Origin: Chloropicon primus
Lineage: Eukaryota
NCBI GenBank assembly: GCA_023205875.1
Contig: CP060754.1
Coordinates: 62,001-126,000 of the forward strand
Direction of reading: 5' to 3'
Length of the DNA stretch: 64,000 nt
The notes beneath the pieces are model-generated. The model did not search any database and was not told where the DNA came from. It saw only the letters and a program-made list of their open reading frames with translations. A program made the translations under genes and the position numbers. This document shows positions 9,649 through 21,343 of the stretch, one piece after another; position 1 is the first letter of the stretch, and each line of letters begins with the position of its first letter.

Positions 9649-10998
9649 ATGGGCACGACGAGTACTGCGGGAGCGAGAGGCATGAGGTGCCGAGACGGAA
9701 CCGCACGTCGTTGTGTTGGTGGTGGGGTCGCTGGACGCCGTGCTGCTGCTGCAGCCTCCTGGTGCGTGGGAACAAAGGTCGGGAGAAGGAGGGGCGGTCT
9801 GTCCAGGAGCACCACGTCGGGGGGAACGGGGAGGGAATGCAAACCTGCCGCTGAGCTGGGACTCGACTCCCTGTCACGGGTAGGAAGATCGGAGGCAGGG
9901 ATCGGGAGGACGAGTTATGGTATACAAGAGGAGCACAAGAGTGGCCGGGGTTGCCGCTGTGCAGCTGTCCTGGGGGAAGCGGGGTACAGGAAGAACTTGG
10001 GGTACTCTCCCATCTCGATTGGCGTGTCCGCTGTCGCGCTGGTGCTCTCAGGCGTGTCAAACCGCGTCGCTCACAAGGTGGCATCTGTCGTTTTTGCAGA
10101 GTACATACTGTTTCTCAGCCTCATGTTGATCGTTGCGTATGTGTTCGCCTACTTCACGACGCTGCTCGTCCGCATGAAGAAGGGGATCGTAACGAAGAGG
10201 ATGCTGGAGTACCCAAAGTGGAAGTTCGGGGCTCTTGGAGTCGTGGACGCGGTCGCCCTCGTGATGCAGCTGAGTGCCGCAGTGCACCTGCCCGGATCCA
10301 TCATCCCAGTCTTGGCCCAAGTGAACATTCCCTTCACCCTTCTGGTTTCCAGGGTGGTCGTGAAGAGAAGATTTTCGTTCCTCCAGCTCTTGGGCAGCTC
10401 GCTGGTCGTCGCTGGAGTTCTGCTTTCGCTGAAGCCATACCTGTCGAACACGCTCCTCAGTGGAGCAGGACGATCCCTGGAGGGTAGCGCTCTCCTGTAC
10501 TCTTCATCTTATCTGTTCGCGGCACTGGCAGCAGTCTCGAAGGAGAGCATTCTGCACAACACGGACTACGGGGAGAATGGGATGGATCCCTTCGTGATCA
10601 GCGCGTTCGGCTCCCTTTCTCAGGGCTTTGTCGTTCTCCTGATGCTCCTTGTAGCTTCGGTGGCGTATGGCAACAACCTGCCCGTTGGAGTGGAAAGCAC
10701 CCCACTCATGTACGTGCAGAAGGGCATCGAGTGTTTCAAAATGAACCCTCTGCCCCCCTTGTGCTACTTGCTGTGCAACATCCTTTTCAACGTGAACGTG
10801 GTCAATCTTGTGAAGAAGTCCAACGCAGTGCTTACAACGCTGTCAATAGCTTTTGTTGTGCCTCTGACGTTCATAGCCTTCTCCTTCCCGATACCAATGC
10901 TTCAGCCTGTCCCCTTTTACACGGAGGCGCTCAAGGGGTTGTTCGTGCTCTCGGGCGGTATTCTGATGTACAATACGACAAGTCCAAGAAGGAGATGA
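9649..10998 (+). CDS. CRT-like (CLT) drug/metabolite-family transporter, probably plastid-targeted
   Basis: Arg/Ser/Gly-rich N-terminal extension, about 10 hydrophobic segments, and CLT-like motifs (GVSNRVAHKVA; GIVTKRMLEYPKWKF; HLPGSIIPVLAQ). Confidence 0.8.
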   Translation: MGTTSTAGARGMRCRDGTARRCVGGGVAGRRAAAAASWCVGTKVGRRRGGLSRSTTSGGTGRECKPAAELGLDSLSRVGRSEAGIGRTSYGIQEEHKSGRGCRCAAVLGEAGYRKNLGYSPISIGVSAVALVLSGVSNRVAHKVASVVFAEYILFLSLMLIVAYVFAYFTTLLVRMKKGIVTKRMLEYPKWKFGALGVVDAVALVMQLSAAVHLPGSIIPVLAQVNIPFTLLVSRVVVKRRFSFLQLLGSSLVVAGVLLSLKPYLSNTLLSGAGRSLEGSALLYSSSYLFAALAAVSKESILHNTDYGENGMDPFVISAFGSLSQGFVVLLMLLVASVAYGNNLPVGVESTPLMYVQKGIECFKMNPLPPLCYLLCNILFNVNVVNLVKKSNAVLTTLSIAFVVPLTFIAFSFPIPMLQPVPFYTEALKGLFVLSGGILMYNTTSPRRR

Positions 10999-11326
10999 TT
11001 CTTTGTTTTCATAGCGCGCCGAAGGTGGGCCTTTGGCTTCTCCTGGACTTGGTGAGCAAAATCTTCTATCTGTAATTGTATCACACATTCTCATTCTCTC
11101 TCTCTCTCTCTCCTGGGCTCCCTGAGAGCTAAGCTTTCAAACGACAAGTCTGAGAGAGGAGTCTGGCGAAGGCGCCGTCGTCGAAATCAACAAGCTTGCT
11201 TGCCCAGAACTAAAAGGAATTTTACAGGTACAATATATAGAAAGGAACTTGGGGTTCCCATCCATCTTTTATAGCTTTTCTTTCTCTTGTCGATAACAGA
11301 ACGCGCTTCCGTGCCGCACACTCCCG

Positions 11327-12539
11327 TCAGAGGTTGAAGCCGTAAATCATGGTGGACATGTGCGTCTTCCACTGGAAGCAATCGATGACAAAGGCGTAGG
11401 TCATGACGCCAATGATAAAGGAGGCCCACAAAAACACGGACTTGAAAGTGCTCTCCACAAAAGTTTTCCCGACATAAGTGAAAGCACTCATAGCAAAAGC
11501 AATGACCAAGTACGCGGAGCTCATCACAACCCCCTCCGTGATAGTTTGCTGCCTGTTGTCCGCTATGAAGACCTGGGGGTTGCCGTTCCTGTCCGACACC
11601 ACCATGGGGAGGTTGTGGATGATGCACTTGATGAGCCCAGAGGTGCTCACCCAGAAAACCACAATGGATCCGATCGCCATCATAGGCACGAGCAGCCCCT
11701 TCTGGGAGAAGAACCACAGCATCCGTGCCATCAGAATGATCACACCGTATCCAAAGACGATGTTGAAAACCGATACGTTGATCTTCTCGTCCTTGGATTC
11801 AAAAACACCCAGTCCAAAGCTCTCCTCCAGAAACTCGTAGAACTCCTTCTGATTCGACTGAGTGAACCTGAACTGCTGGCCGAGCTTGAAAGTCGGGTCG
11901 TTCATGGATATCTGGTGCTTCTTTGGCACGAGAACCGTGGTCGGGAAAGACTGGATCTCCATCTTCTGGAAAAGCTTCTGGGTGTTCTCGTTGAACTCCA
12001 GCGAAATGAAGAAGAGCTCCTCTTGGTCCTTGGCAACGGCCCCTCTGTAGAGTTTGATTGCGGACTTCATGCTTTCTTCGATTGCTTTCGCATGCTTCTG
12101 GGTCTTCACCCCCTCGTTTTTCAGCATGTCGTCCACCAGTCTGACCGAAATCACGACCGAGTAAGGGCGCTCCGAGCCCTTGAGCAGAGGCTCGATTTTC
12201 CTCACGTTGTCAATGAAGATCAGTCCATCCTTGCTCTCCCAGCTCAGAGACCGGAGCTGTTCCAACTGCTAGGGCGACGAGACGCCACGAAACGAAGGGG
12301 AGGTGGGAAGAAACAGAAGCAAAAGGTCAATGCCAATTCCCCCTTCGCAACCTTCGTCGCTCGCCAGCCTACGAAAGCCCTTAGAGAAAAGACCCAAGTG
12401 GTTCGGTGTGATCTCGTTTTTGACCTACCTCCGCGAGCTTGCTGCTTGCTGCCTTGTCCTTTTTCGCCCCGGCGCCCGCCGCCACCAGCAAGGTCAAGAG
12501 CACCAGGTACGCGCCCACCCTTGCGGCTCCCCGTGTCAT
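11327..12539 (-). CDS. OST3: Oligosaccharyltransferase subunit OST3/OST6; exons 12539-12429 and 12265-11327
   Basis: Signal peptide in exon 1; intron 12428-12266 (GTAGGT...CAG, phase 0); thioredoxin-like luminal domain, four TM helices, SGLIKCIIHNLP and QQTITEG motifs. Confidence 0.85.
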
Positions 12540-12768
12540 CGTCGCAACCCAAACCCCAAACCCCAAACCCCAAACCCTCACTCTCCTCTCCCTCCTCTCT
12601 AGATCGGCGGAGCCCTTGCTTTTGGAGCGAGTCCTGCGATGGGATGGGAACAATGGAGAGAGAAAGAGAGAGGGAGGGCAGGAGTTGGAGTTGGGTTGGA
12701 TCGAGCGGAAAGGATAGTGTGCGGTTACATCTGTCGGCGCTGAAAGGGCGCCAAGAGAAATGATTCAA

Positions 12769-13784
12769 TTACGATTTATTCGAGTGCTTCGACCCACCTT
12801 TCTTCCTCCGTACCAGCTGGAAGCCACCAGCTTCCCCGGGACCGCTGGCTTTCTTCCTCCCCGACTCTTTGGCCCCACCGCCGGAGGAAGAGGAGCCCTT
12901 GCTCTGGTAATCCTTCTTGCCCCCGCTGCCCCCGTGCTTTCTATTTCCCTTCTTTCCCCCCTTCTTTTTCTCAGCCTTCTTCTTGCTTGGCCTCGACCTG
13001 CGAACAAACAAAAGAGGAAAAAATAAAGTCAGGAAAGGGCAACCGGAACGGGAACGGGAATCGGAATCCGAATGGAGACCCACCTTAACTTCGCAACCCT
13101 TTGGGCGGCCTTCTTCTTCATGTAAAGCATGAGCGGTGTGATGACCGGGGCTCCATCTTCAGCCTCTTTCTGCTCCGCCTGACTCTGGGAACCAGTTGGC
13201 AAGCTCGTCTGCTCGGACAGAGCTTCCACGAACGCCTTGTAGTCCGCGTCGTCTTCTATCGTCCCGGCCTTCGGGTCCCGCCTCCTCCTGTTCTTCGGCT
13301 TGGGGCACCTCTGGTTGGGCGCGAGGCTCACCGCGGCCACGAACGTCTGCCCCTTGTCCGTCGCATAGGCGTGCCCGTGAAAAGCCTTGTGAAAGCTTTG
13401 GATGGTCTGGGGGTTCTTGAACTGCAGGTAGCACCGGGAGCACTGGGCGGCGCCAGAGCCCTGGCCCCCGCCCGCCTTGGACTTGGGCTCTCCCTTCCAG
13501 TACCTCATCCACGCGACGCGTTCTCCATACCCCTCCTCCTCTACCTGTTTCCTGAAGTTCTCCTCGGTGAGCTCAGGTGGAAGCCGCCGGACCAGAGCTT
13601 TCAGTTTCCTCCTGTCCCCCTCCTCCTCCCTCCGCGCGCCCGCCTCCCTCCCTCCCTCCCCCCCGCCGCTCGCCTTGTTCTTGTTCTTGTAACGCGTTCG
13701 CGCCCTCCCTTTCCCCCCACCCCCACCCCTCGTGACCGTCGCCGTCGCCGTCGCCGTCCCCCCCTGATTCGCCACCGGCTCCAT
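12769..13784 (-). CDS. UPF3: Nonsense-mediated decay factor UPF3 (Smg4/UPF3 family); exons 13784-13084 and 12997-12769
   Basis: KALVRRLPPELTEENF, SRCYLQF, FHGHAY...APNQRCP, DPKAGTIEDDADYKAF, TPLMLY. Intron 13083-12998 (GTGGGT...CAG) restores a basic C-terminal tail. Confidence 0.9.
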
Positions 13785-14135
13785 CCTCTCCCTCTCACAC
13801 CTCCCCTCCCCTCCTCCTCCCCTCCCTTCGTCCTCCAAAGCGTCGTCCCCCTCCCTCCCTTTCCCTTTCCCTTTCCCTCTCCCTTTCCTCCTCTTTCGTT
13901 CCTCCTCCTGTGTATCGTCCCACCGTACGTACCAATCCAATCGTGAGCCCACCGTTGCGTTGTGAGTCTCTTCTCTTCCTCCTCCACCTTCCTGCTTCCC
14001 CGACACGACCCGCCCGATCTCTCTCCTCCCTCCCTCTCCGAGGCGATCGCCCTGCCGCTCCCGCTCTCGTGGGGTTCAGTTCGGAGAAGGCGGACGGAAG
14101 GCGAGGCGATCGTGGGCGACACCGACACTGCGAGG

Positions 14136-16046
14136 ATGAATAGCGAGATAGTGAAGAGCCTGTGTCGATCATGTGAGGGGATAGGGGCATCGGTGAGCGA
14201 CCAGGCGTATGACGGACTCGCGCAGGAGGTGGACTACAGGACGAGGGAGGTCATACAGGAGGCACTCAAGTTTGCCATGCACGCCAAGAGGAAGAAACTC
14301 TCCACGGACGACGTGGACAGAGCGTAAGTCAACAAGGATATGGTATTGCCGAGCAAAAACTCTATCTATGATATGCCCTTGGGTCCACTCTATCGTGTTT
14401 CGTGTTTCGCGCGCGTTCGCAAACGAATGCGGGACTGACTCCTCGTTCGTTCGTCGTTGCTGTGCGTCCGGCGGTTTGGTCGGATCAGTTTGAGACTTCG
14501 AGGGGCGGAGCAGACGTACGGGCACCAGCACGGGGAGCGAGGGGTCTCCTTCGCCAAGCCAAGGGACGAGAGCACGTTCCCGGGGGTAAGCTTCGTGGAG
14601 GACAAGGTCCACTCCTTGGAAGACGTCTTGTGTGCGACGGAGTTCCCGGCGCTGCCCAGGGGAAGGGGGGTTCACCTCCACTGGCTGGCGGTGGAGGGGA
14701 CCAAGCCGCTCATACCAGAAAACGTGCGAGTGAAGAGGCGCAGGAAGGACTCGGAAACTGTAGCTCTGACGCTGGAGGCTGGGGGGCCGCGGGCAAAGGA
14801 GGGCGGCAAGGGGGCCCGGGAGGGCGTTGGAAGCGAGTTCACCGTCCTGAACTCCTACGAGACGAATATCAGCAAGGGGCACAAGCACGTGGTGTCCATG
14901 GAGCTGCAAACTTACTTCCAGACAGTCACCCGGGCTGTTCTGAACGCGAGCAAAGCCTCAGAGGCGGAGGAAAGCGGAATCGAAGCGGGGACAGGGGTCT
15001 CCGATCTGGGACCGGCCTTGGCAAGCTTGGGCGAGGATCCTGGTCTGCAGCCCCTCCTCCCCTACTTTTGCTCCTTTGTCATCAAGTGCGTGGAGGGCGA
15101 AGAGAAGAAGTCCTTCTTCTCCTCCCTGGGCTCGTGCGGGGCCCTGCTCGGTCTGGTGCAGTCGCTCGTGTCAAACATGCACCTCAAGTGGGAGAGACAC
15201 GTGCACCAGATCTTGCCCGTTGTCATGACCCTCCTCGTGAGGAAGACCCTCGGAGGGCCGGGAGACGACCACTGGAAGCTGAGGAGGCAGGCCGGCCGGG
15301 TCTTGGCCCTTATGTGCACGAAGCTGGAGAGCGAGAAGTCCCAGGTGGCGCTGCAGACGAGGGTGGCGCGGGTCCTCGTGACCAAGGGCCTCATGGATGC
15401 CACCAAAGCCCTGACCTCGCACTACGGCGCCATCGTCGGGATCTACCACCTCGGCGACGTGGTCTGCGAGAACGTCTTGCTGCCCCACATCGCGACCTAC
15501 ATGCCGTGCCTGGGGGAGGCCTTGACGTCTCAGACCATGAACCCCCTGCAGCAGTACGAGGCCTACCAGTGCCTCGAGGCCATCCTCATCGCGATCGGGC
15601 GACTCGTTCACCAGTCGGAGTACAACCAACTTCTGGGGAGGAGGCAGCTGCCCTCGGGTCGGAGCCTTCTGGGGAAGGGTGGAAGAGTGGAGGCGGAAGG
15701 GTCTTCCAAGCAGACGCGCCTCCGGGGCGGCACACCTGCTCGCGCGAGGAGGGCGAGGCCCGCGAAGAAGAAGCTCTCTGTCGAGGATCTCAGGAAGACC
15801 GAGGGGGGGCAGAGCGTCTTGGACGCGTTTGCCGTCGCCGAGCCGGGAAGCGTCGCCGACAAAGACGAGAGTTCTTTGGAGGACGCCGAGGCTCAGCACA
15901 TCGATCTCAACTTTGACTTTGAGTTGAACAACTTCACCGGCATGCCGACTTTCGAGAGGGGGAACATCGTGTCGCACAGCTTCGACATCTTCGGGGAGCA
16001 CATCTTGCCCTTCCTGACGAACGACATGATGGCCATGATGCTCTGA
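14136..16046 (+). CDS. TAF6: TFIID subunit TAF6; exons 14136-14323 and 14489-16046
   Basis: Histone fold (LAQEVDYRTREVIQEALKFAMHAKRKKLSTDDVDRAL), HWLAVEG, KHVVSMELQTYF, DPGLQPLLPYF, DHWKLR, SHYGAIVG. Intron 14324-14488 (GTAAGT...CAG). Confidence 0.95.
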
Positions 16047-16202
16047 AATGACATTCCTTGCGAACGAGCGGCAAAGAGGCGAGTGCCGATTTTTTTTTGA
16101 ATCTTCTATATAACGACAACAAATTTTATTCCCCCTCTTTCCTCGACTCCACTACCAACCCACGCGCGCGTGTGTTGTCTCTCGAAAACAAGCAAACAAC
16201 AA

Positions 16203-17084
16203 CTAAATCGTGCAGTCGTAGCTCGGCTGATCGCTCGTGGCGTTCAGCGCGAACCTGCCGATCTTCACCTCCATCCTGTGGGCCTCCTCCAGGTCGAAGC
16301 TGTCCCTGTCGAAGACGATCATCTCGTACTTGCCCTCCATCGTGCCGTAGCTCGTCTGCAGCGGGCACGCCGAGGTGTACTCGAACGACTCGCCGGGCCT
16401 CAGGATGGGCTGCTCCCCCACCACGCCGGGCCCCTTGACCTCGTCCACCCTCCCCTGGGCGTTCGTGATGACCCAGTGCCTGTTCCTCACCTGGACCGTC
16501 TTGTCGCTCTCGTTCGAGATCTGGACCTTGTACGTGAAGAAGAACTGCCCGAGGTGCGGCGAGGAGCGGCTGGGGACGTAGTAGGACGACACCCTGACGC
16601 GGACCCCGTGGGTCACGCAGTCGCTCTTGCTCTTCGGGGTCGGGCACAGCTCCTCCAGCTGGTCCCTCAGGCTCGCCGCCTCCTCGTACCTCTCCTCGGC
16701 CACCGCCGCCCTCAGCTCCTTCTCCAGCTGGAGCACCGGGTCATCCCGGTCCAGGCTCAGCAGCTCGTCCCGCAGGCTCGCGGCCAGGGAGTAGTCCTCC
16801 CTCTCCACCGCCCCCTTCATCTCCAGCTTGAGCCTCCTCCTCTCCTTCTCCATCTCCGTCCTCTCCTCCATCACCCTCAGCACCGTGCTCTCCCCCCCCC
16901 TGTCCGTGGTCCTCGCCCGCGGCCTCCTCGGCGCCCTCCTCCTCAGGCTCCTCAGGCTCCTCAGGCTCCTCAGGCTCCTCATCCTCATTCCCTCGTCCCC
17001 CGTCGAGCTCGACGTCGCGGCGTTCCTCCCCATCCTCGCCCCTCCCTGCCTGGCCAAGTTCAAGTTCAAGTTCACCCTCTCCAT
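16203..17084 (-). CDS. UVR-motif plus ApaG-domain protein, probably plastid-targeted (start codon uncertain)
   Basis: Two UvrB/C motifs (AVEREDYSLAASLRDEL; AVAEERYEEAASLRDQL), ApaG domain (RHWVITNAQG...VKGPGVVGEQPILRPGESFEYTSACPL...GTMEG), Arg/Ser-rich N-terminus. Confidence 0.85.
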   Translation of the reverse strand: MERVNLNLNLARQGGARMGRNAATSSSTGDEGMRMRSLRSLRSLRSLRRRAPRRPRARTTDRGGESTVLRVMEERTEMEKERRRLKLEMKGAVEREDYSLAASLRDELLSLDRDDPVLQLEKELRAAVAEERYEEAASLRDQLEELCPTPKSKSDCVTHGVRVRVSSYYVPSRSSPHLGQFFFTYKVQISNESDKTVQVRNRHWVITNAQGRVDEVKGPGVVGEQPILRPGESFEYTSACPLQTSYGTMEGKYEMIVFDRDSFDLEEAHRMEVKIGRFALNATSDQPSYDCTI

Positions 17085-17621
17085 CCCTCCCGTCCCGTCC
17101 CGTGTCTGTGTCCGTGTCTGTGTCTGTGTCCCTCTCTCGTTGTCGTTGTTCCTCTCGTGCTCTCGTTGTTCCTCCAGGGCCCGCTGGGTTTTGTGCTTTT
17201 GGGCCCTCTCGTCCGCAAAACCACGAATCACGATAAGGCTGAGGGAGAGTTAAAAGCCACACATTAAAAATCGCACGTGCTTCTCGGAAAGCTTTGAATT
17301 TTCCCCCAGGGAAATCCAAATCCCTGGGAGGAAAAGAAAAAAGAAAAAGAAAAAGAAAAAGAAAAAGAAAAGCGGAAAAGCGGGAGCGAGGCCAGGACGG
17401 GCGAGGGAAGAGCGACGAGGAAGAGCGACGAGGAAGAGAAAACAATCTAAGAAATCAGAAGACCTTAGGGAGGGAGGAGAACATTCTTCTCCTTCTTCGT
17501 AGGCGAGGCTTATTCGCATCCATCTTGCTCCCTCTTGCTCCCTCTGACTCTGCTCCCTCTCTGGGTGGGGGAGTGGGGGGGGGGTTCCAGAGCTCTGGGT
17601 TCCCTCTGGGTTCGTCGTGCG

Positions 17622-19364
17622 ATGGGGTACGATGGTGCGGGTGCGGGGACTTCGTCGTCGTCGTCGTCTTCGCCGTCGCCGTCCTGGTCTTCTTCTCTCG
17701 GGAGGTCGGCGTCGTCGTCCCTGGTGTCGTTCGCCTTCGTGTTCAACCTACTGATTGGGGCGGGGGCCCTGGCGATACCGAGGCCCTTCGCGCAGACGGG
17801 GTTCGTGCTGGCGGCGCCCTTCCTCGGGTTCCTGTGCTTCTTCTCGCTCCTGACGTCCATGTACATGGTGGAGGTCCTCGTGGCGGTCAGACTGATGTCG
17901 CCGTCCTCCACCTCCGACGATGACGGCCACCACCACCACCGGGACAAGGACAAGGCGTCGAGGTCGGCGTCCGCGGAGGAGGACCACCTGGACCAGGAGG
18001 GAATAAGCTTGAGCGCCCCGGTGGAGGAGAACGGGGCGGGAGCGAGCCGGGCGGGGGTGATCACCTCGAACGTGCACAGGTCCGCAGCGTCGGCGTCGGC
18101 GGCCCTGCTGGGGCCGGAGCGCGTGCCGCTGCTGGAGGGGGAGTCCTCCCTCGAGAGCCTGGCGGGGGGCGCCCAGGAGGGCCCCAAGAACCTCGAGATG
18201 GGCGCCCTGGCCAAGAAGCTCTTCACGCCCCTCGGGTCCAAGCTGACTTACGTCGTGCTCTGCCTCTACCTCTTCGGCGACCTCTCGATATACGCGGTGA
18301 CGATCCCAAAGTCCCTCACCGCGCTGGTCTGCCCGCACCAGGGGACCGCGAGGGCCGAGCTCGCGGGGGGCATGTCGGACTGGCCCTGCAAGAACTTTCA
18401 GGGCAGCCTGCCGAAGGAGCACTTCCTGCACGACCTGAACTCCAAGACGGTATACAGGTCCTTCGTCCTCCTCCTCGGCGCGGTGCAGCTGCCCTTCATG
18501 TTCCAGACCGTGCAGAAGACCTTGTTCATCCAGGTCCTCTCCATAACCTACAGGTGGTCGGCCTTCTTCATCATGGTGATCATCTGCCTCGTCCAGATGC
18601 TGGGCCCGGAGGGGGAGGGCAACGACTGGAAGCACTTCACGGGCCAGAGGGACTACGGGGGGCTCATGCAGCTGTTCGGGGTGACCATCTACTCCTTCAT
18701 GTGCCACCACTCCCTCCCCTCGCTGCTCAACCCGGTCATGTCGGCGATCCCCAAGGAGAGGCTCGAGATGAGGCGGATCGCAAAGCCCGTGGCCTGGGCC
18801 CTGGTCTGCTGCCTGTTCGTGTACCTCATGCTGAACACGATCGTGGCGCTCAGGTACAAGCCCGGGGAGATCGAGGACGTGATCACCCTGAACTTCCAGA
18901 ACTTCAAGCCGCACAGGGTCTCGGTGTTCCTGGAGCTCTTCCCGGTGTGCACCCTGGGGGCCAGCTTTCCGATCATCGCCTGCACGCTGAGGAACAACCT
19001 CCAGACGCTGATCCTGATGAGCAACACGGAGAGGCCCAGGCCGAGGTGGCTGAGAATCGTGGAGAAGGTCGTCCTGCCCGTCGTGGTTCTCCTGCTGCCC
19101 CTCATGGTCGCCTTCGCGACGGAGAACGTGGAGATGCTCGTGGGCCTCACGGGGTCCTACGGGGGGTGCGCCATCGAGTTCATCATCCCGACCCTGCTCG
19201 TGGTGGCGGCGAGAAAGAGGGTCGCGGCGAACACCCAGTCCACCGGGGGGCTCCTGCTCTCCAAGCTGGACTTGGGGATCCTGTCCTCGAACTTCTTCGT
19301 CAACGCCGTCTTGATGTGGTCCGTGGCGTGCATCGTCCTCGTGACCGTGAACCATCTGAGATAG
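17622..19364 (+). CDS. Amino-acid transporter family (Aa_trans) protein, TMEM104-like
   Basis: FVFNLLIGAGALAIP, SMYMVE, YLFGDLSIYAV, FGVTIYSFMCHHSLPSL, LRNNL, LVGLTGSYGG; about 11 TM segments. Confidence 0.9.
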   Translation: MGYDGAGAGTSSSSSSSPSPSWSSSLGRSASSSLVSFAFVFNLLIGAGALAIPRPFAQTGFVLAAPFLGFLCFFSLLTSMYMVEVLVAVRLMSPSSTSDDDGHHHHRDKDKASRSASAEEDHLDQEGISLSAPVEENGAGASRAGVITSNVHRSAASASAALLGPERVPLLEGESSLESLAGGAQEGPKNLEMGALAKKLFTPLGSKLTYVVLCLYLFGDLSIYAVTIPKSLTALVCPHQGTARAELAGGMSDWPCKNFQGSLPKEHFLHDLNSKTVYRSFVLLLGAVQLPFMFQTVQKTLFIQVLSITYRWSAFFIMVIICLVQMLGPEGEGNDWKHFTGQRDYGGLMQLFGVTIYSFMCHHSLPSLLNPVMSAIPKERLEMRRIAKPVAWALVCCLFVYLMLNTIVALRYKPGEIEDVITLNFQNFKPHRVSVFLELFPVCTLGASFPIIACTLRNNLQTLILMSNTERPRPRWLRIVEKVVLPVVVLLLPLMVAFATENVEMLVGLTGSYGGCAIEFIIPTLLVVAARKRVAANTQSTGGLLLSKLDLGILSSNFFVNAVLMWSVACIVLVTVNHLR

Positions 19365-19448
19365 CAAGGTCCACAAATATCGTATTTATTACAAAGTTTT
19401 TTTTTTTTCCTGTGCGCGGAGGGGCTCCTGAGAATAGCCAACTCTGGG

Positions 19449-20912
19449 TCACCTCAACTCAACCTTGAGCTCGTCCTCCAGTGCGCTGCGAAGATTGTAG
19501 AAAAAGAAAAGAGGTCAGCGATGTGCTGCTGCTGCTGCCGTGTATAAAGCGCGTTCGCCTGTGTAAAAAGAAAAAAAAAAGACTCACCTCCTGACTTTGT
19601 CCTGGACGCTGTTGATCTCCTCGTCCGTCAGAGACCTCTCCATGGACCTGTAAACTATTCTATAACAGTGGCTCGTCTTCCCCGTCTTCGGGTTGGCGAA
19701 CTCGTCGATCAGTTTGACTTCCTCCACGATGTCTCCGGCAATCCCCCTGACCGTCTCGCACAAGTTGTTCTCCGTGAAGTCCTCCGAGATCCAAAAGGCC
19801 ACGTCCTTGTTGCACGGAGGGAACTTGGAGAAGGACTTGAACTTGGAGGAGAGGTCCCCAGCCTTGAACTGCTTGAGGAACCTCTCGTCCTCGCTCCAGA
19901 AGAGCCTGATGTCGGGAATGTCGAAGAGGATCATGGCGAGCCTCTCGATCCCCAGGCCGAAAGCCCAGGCCCTCTTGCCCTCGCCGTAATTCCCGTCGAG
20001 GATCTGCTGCTGCATGACTCCGCAGCCCAGGACCTCGAGCCACTCGTCGTTGAAGAAGATCTCCAGCTCTATGGAGGGGTCCGTGAACGGGAAGTAGGCG
20101 TCCACCCACCTGCACTCGACGTCGCCGAACAGGTGCTTGGCGAGGCCCTCGAGCGTTCGCTTCAGGTCCTCCCTCACGTACTCCACCTCGCCCAGCCCGC
20201 TGCCCTCCCAGTCGCTCGGCTCGAAGATCTTCACGCCTTCCATCTGGTGGAACACCGGGTAGTGGGTGGCGTCGATCGTGTCCCTCCTGTACACGTCCCC
20301 GATCACCAAGAAGTTCTTGTGCTTCTCCCTCAGAAGCTCGGCCTGGTGGGCCGAGGTGTGGCAGCGGAGCACGGTCTCGCCGTCCACGTAGTACGTGTCG
20401 TTGTCGCTGCGGCTGACGTGGTCCGCGGGGATGAGCAGCTCGTCGAAGTTCTGCGCGGTCGTCACCACGGGGTAGAGGTCCTCGAAAAGCTTGAACTTCC
20501 CAGGGTCGCTCTGCTCAAAGTACTCGAAGATCGCCTCCTTGATGATCCCAAGCGGGTGGTCCTTCCTCTGGTGAAGGTTCGTCCCAAGCTTGTCGAATAT
20601 CGTGTCCGTCACGTTGTTCTGCGGGCTGCCCGTGATGATGTCCGACCTCGCGATGCTCTGGCTCGTCCGCTGCTTGGTCGCCAGGCCCCTCGCCACGGTC
20701 AGCCCGGGAAGCCTCGCCCCGAACAAGTCGCCCCCGAACAGGCTCGCACCCCTCCACCTCGAAGCCAACCCAGGCCCCGGCCTCTCCAGCAGGGCGCCAC
20801 CGCCCAAACGCCTCCTCCCCTGGACCTGGACCTCGCGACCGAGGCACCTCAGCGACGGCCTCGCCGCCCTGTGCGCCTGGAGGTGCGCCTGGCACCTCAC
20901 CGCGTGGCTCAT
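19449..20912 (-). CDS. FARS2: Organellar (plastid/mitochondrial) monomeric phenylalanyl-tRNA synthetase; exons 20912-19588 and 19485-19449
   Basis: Transit peptide; LRCHTSAHQ, GDVYRRDTIDATHYPVFHQMEG, YFPFTDPS, GLGIERLAM; FDX-ACB domain. Intron 19587-19486 (GTGAGT...CAG) gives the end KVRSALEDELKVELR*. Confidence 0.95.
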
Positions 20913-21065
20913 CGTCGACCACGAAACAACCAACACGAAACAACCTAAACCCTGAGAAGCTCTCCCGGCCTCCTCGTCCTCGTCGCCCTCTCCCTCTTGG
21001 CGCTCTGGCCGGCGCACTCTCTCCGCCACAAACCGGAGATAAGGGAAGGGGCGGGGAGAGAAAGG

Positions 21066-21075
21066 GTATATATAC
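21066..21075. promoter_or_regulatory. Palindromic TATA element about 23-30 nt upstream of the 5S gene
   Basis: GTATATATAC, a perfect palindrome, at the position of the upstream TATA-like element typical of plant/algal 5S genes. Confidence 0.6.
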
Positions 21076-21096
21076 GCGAAATTCGCACTTTCCTCT

Positions 21097-21216
21097 ATCA
21101 TACGTTCATACCTACGTGAAAATACCCGATCCCATCAGAACTCGGAAGTCAAGCGCGTGTGGGCGAGATCAGTACTGTGGTTGGTGACAACACGGGAATC
21201 TCTCGTGGCGTATGTT
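21097..21216 (+). rRNA. 5S rRNA: Cytosolic 5S rRNA gene (single copy in window)
   Basis: 120 nt ATCATACGTTCATACC...CCCGATCCCATCAGAACTCGGAAGTCAAGC...AGTACT...GGGAATC...GCGTATGTT. Helix I (CATACG/CGTATG), helix IV with a GTGA loop and helix V can be paired by eye. Confidence 0.95.
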
Positions 21217-21217
21217 C

Positions 21218-21229
21218 TTTTTTTTTTTT
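21218..21229 (+). terminator. RNA polymerase III oligo-T terminator
   Basis: T12 run immediately after the 5S 3' end. Confidence 0.85.
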
Positions 21230-21343
21230 ATCCCCAGAGCCCGGATCGACTCTCGCGCCCCGCAATCCATCTCCTCAGAGCTCGCGAAGAAACCCACCCA
21301 GCCAAGGCCAAAGCCAAAGAGAGATGATGATTCCTTTATTACA

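Noticed and set aside
17748..19376. Long antisense ORFs over GC-rich genes (also 19668-20948, 31762-33366, 53718-55148, 56523-57593, 62547-63863)
   Set aside because: Expected with high GC3 codon usage, which depletes antisense stops; the opposite strands encode well-recognised proteins.
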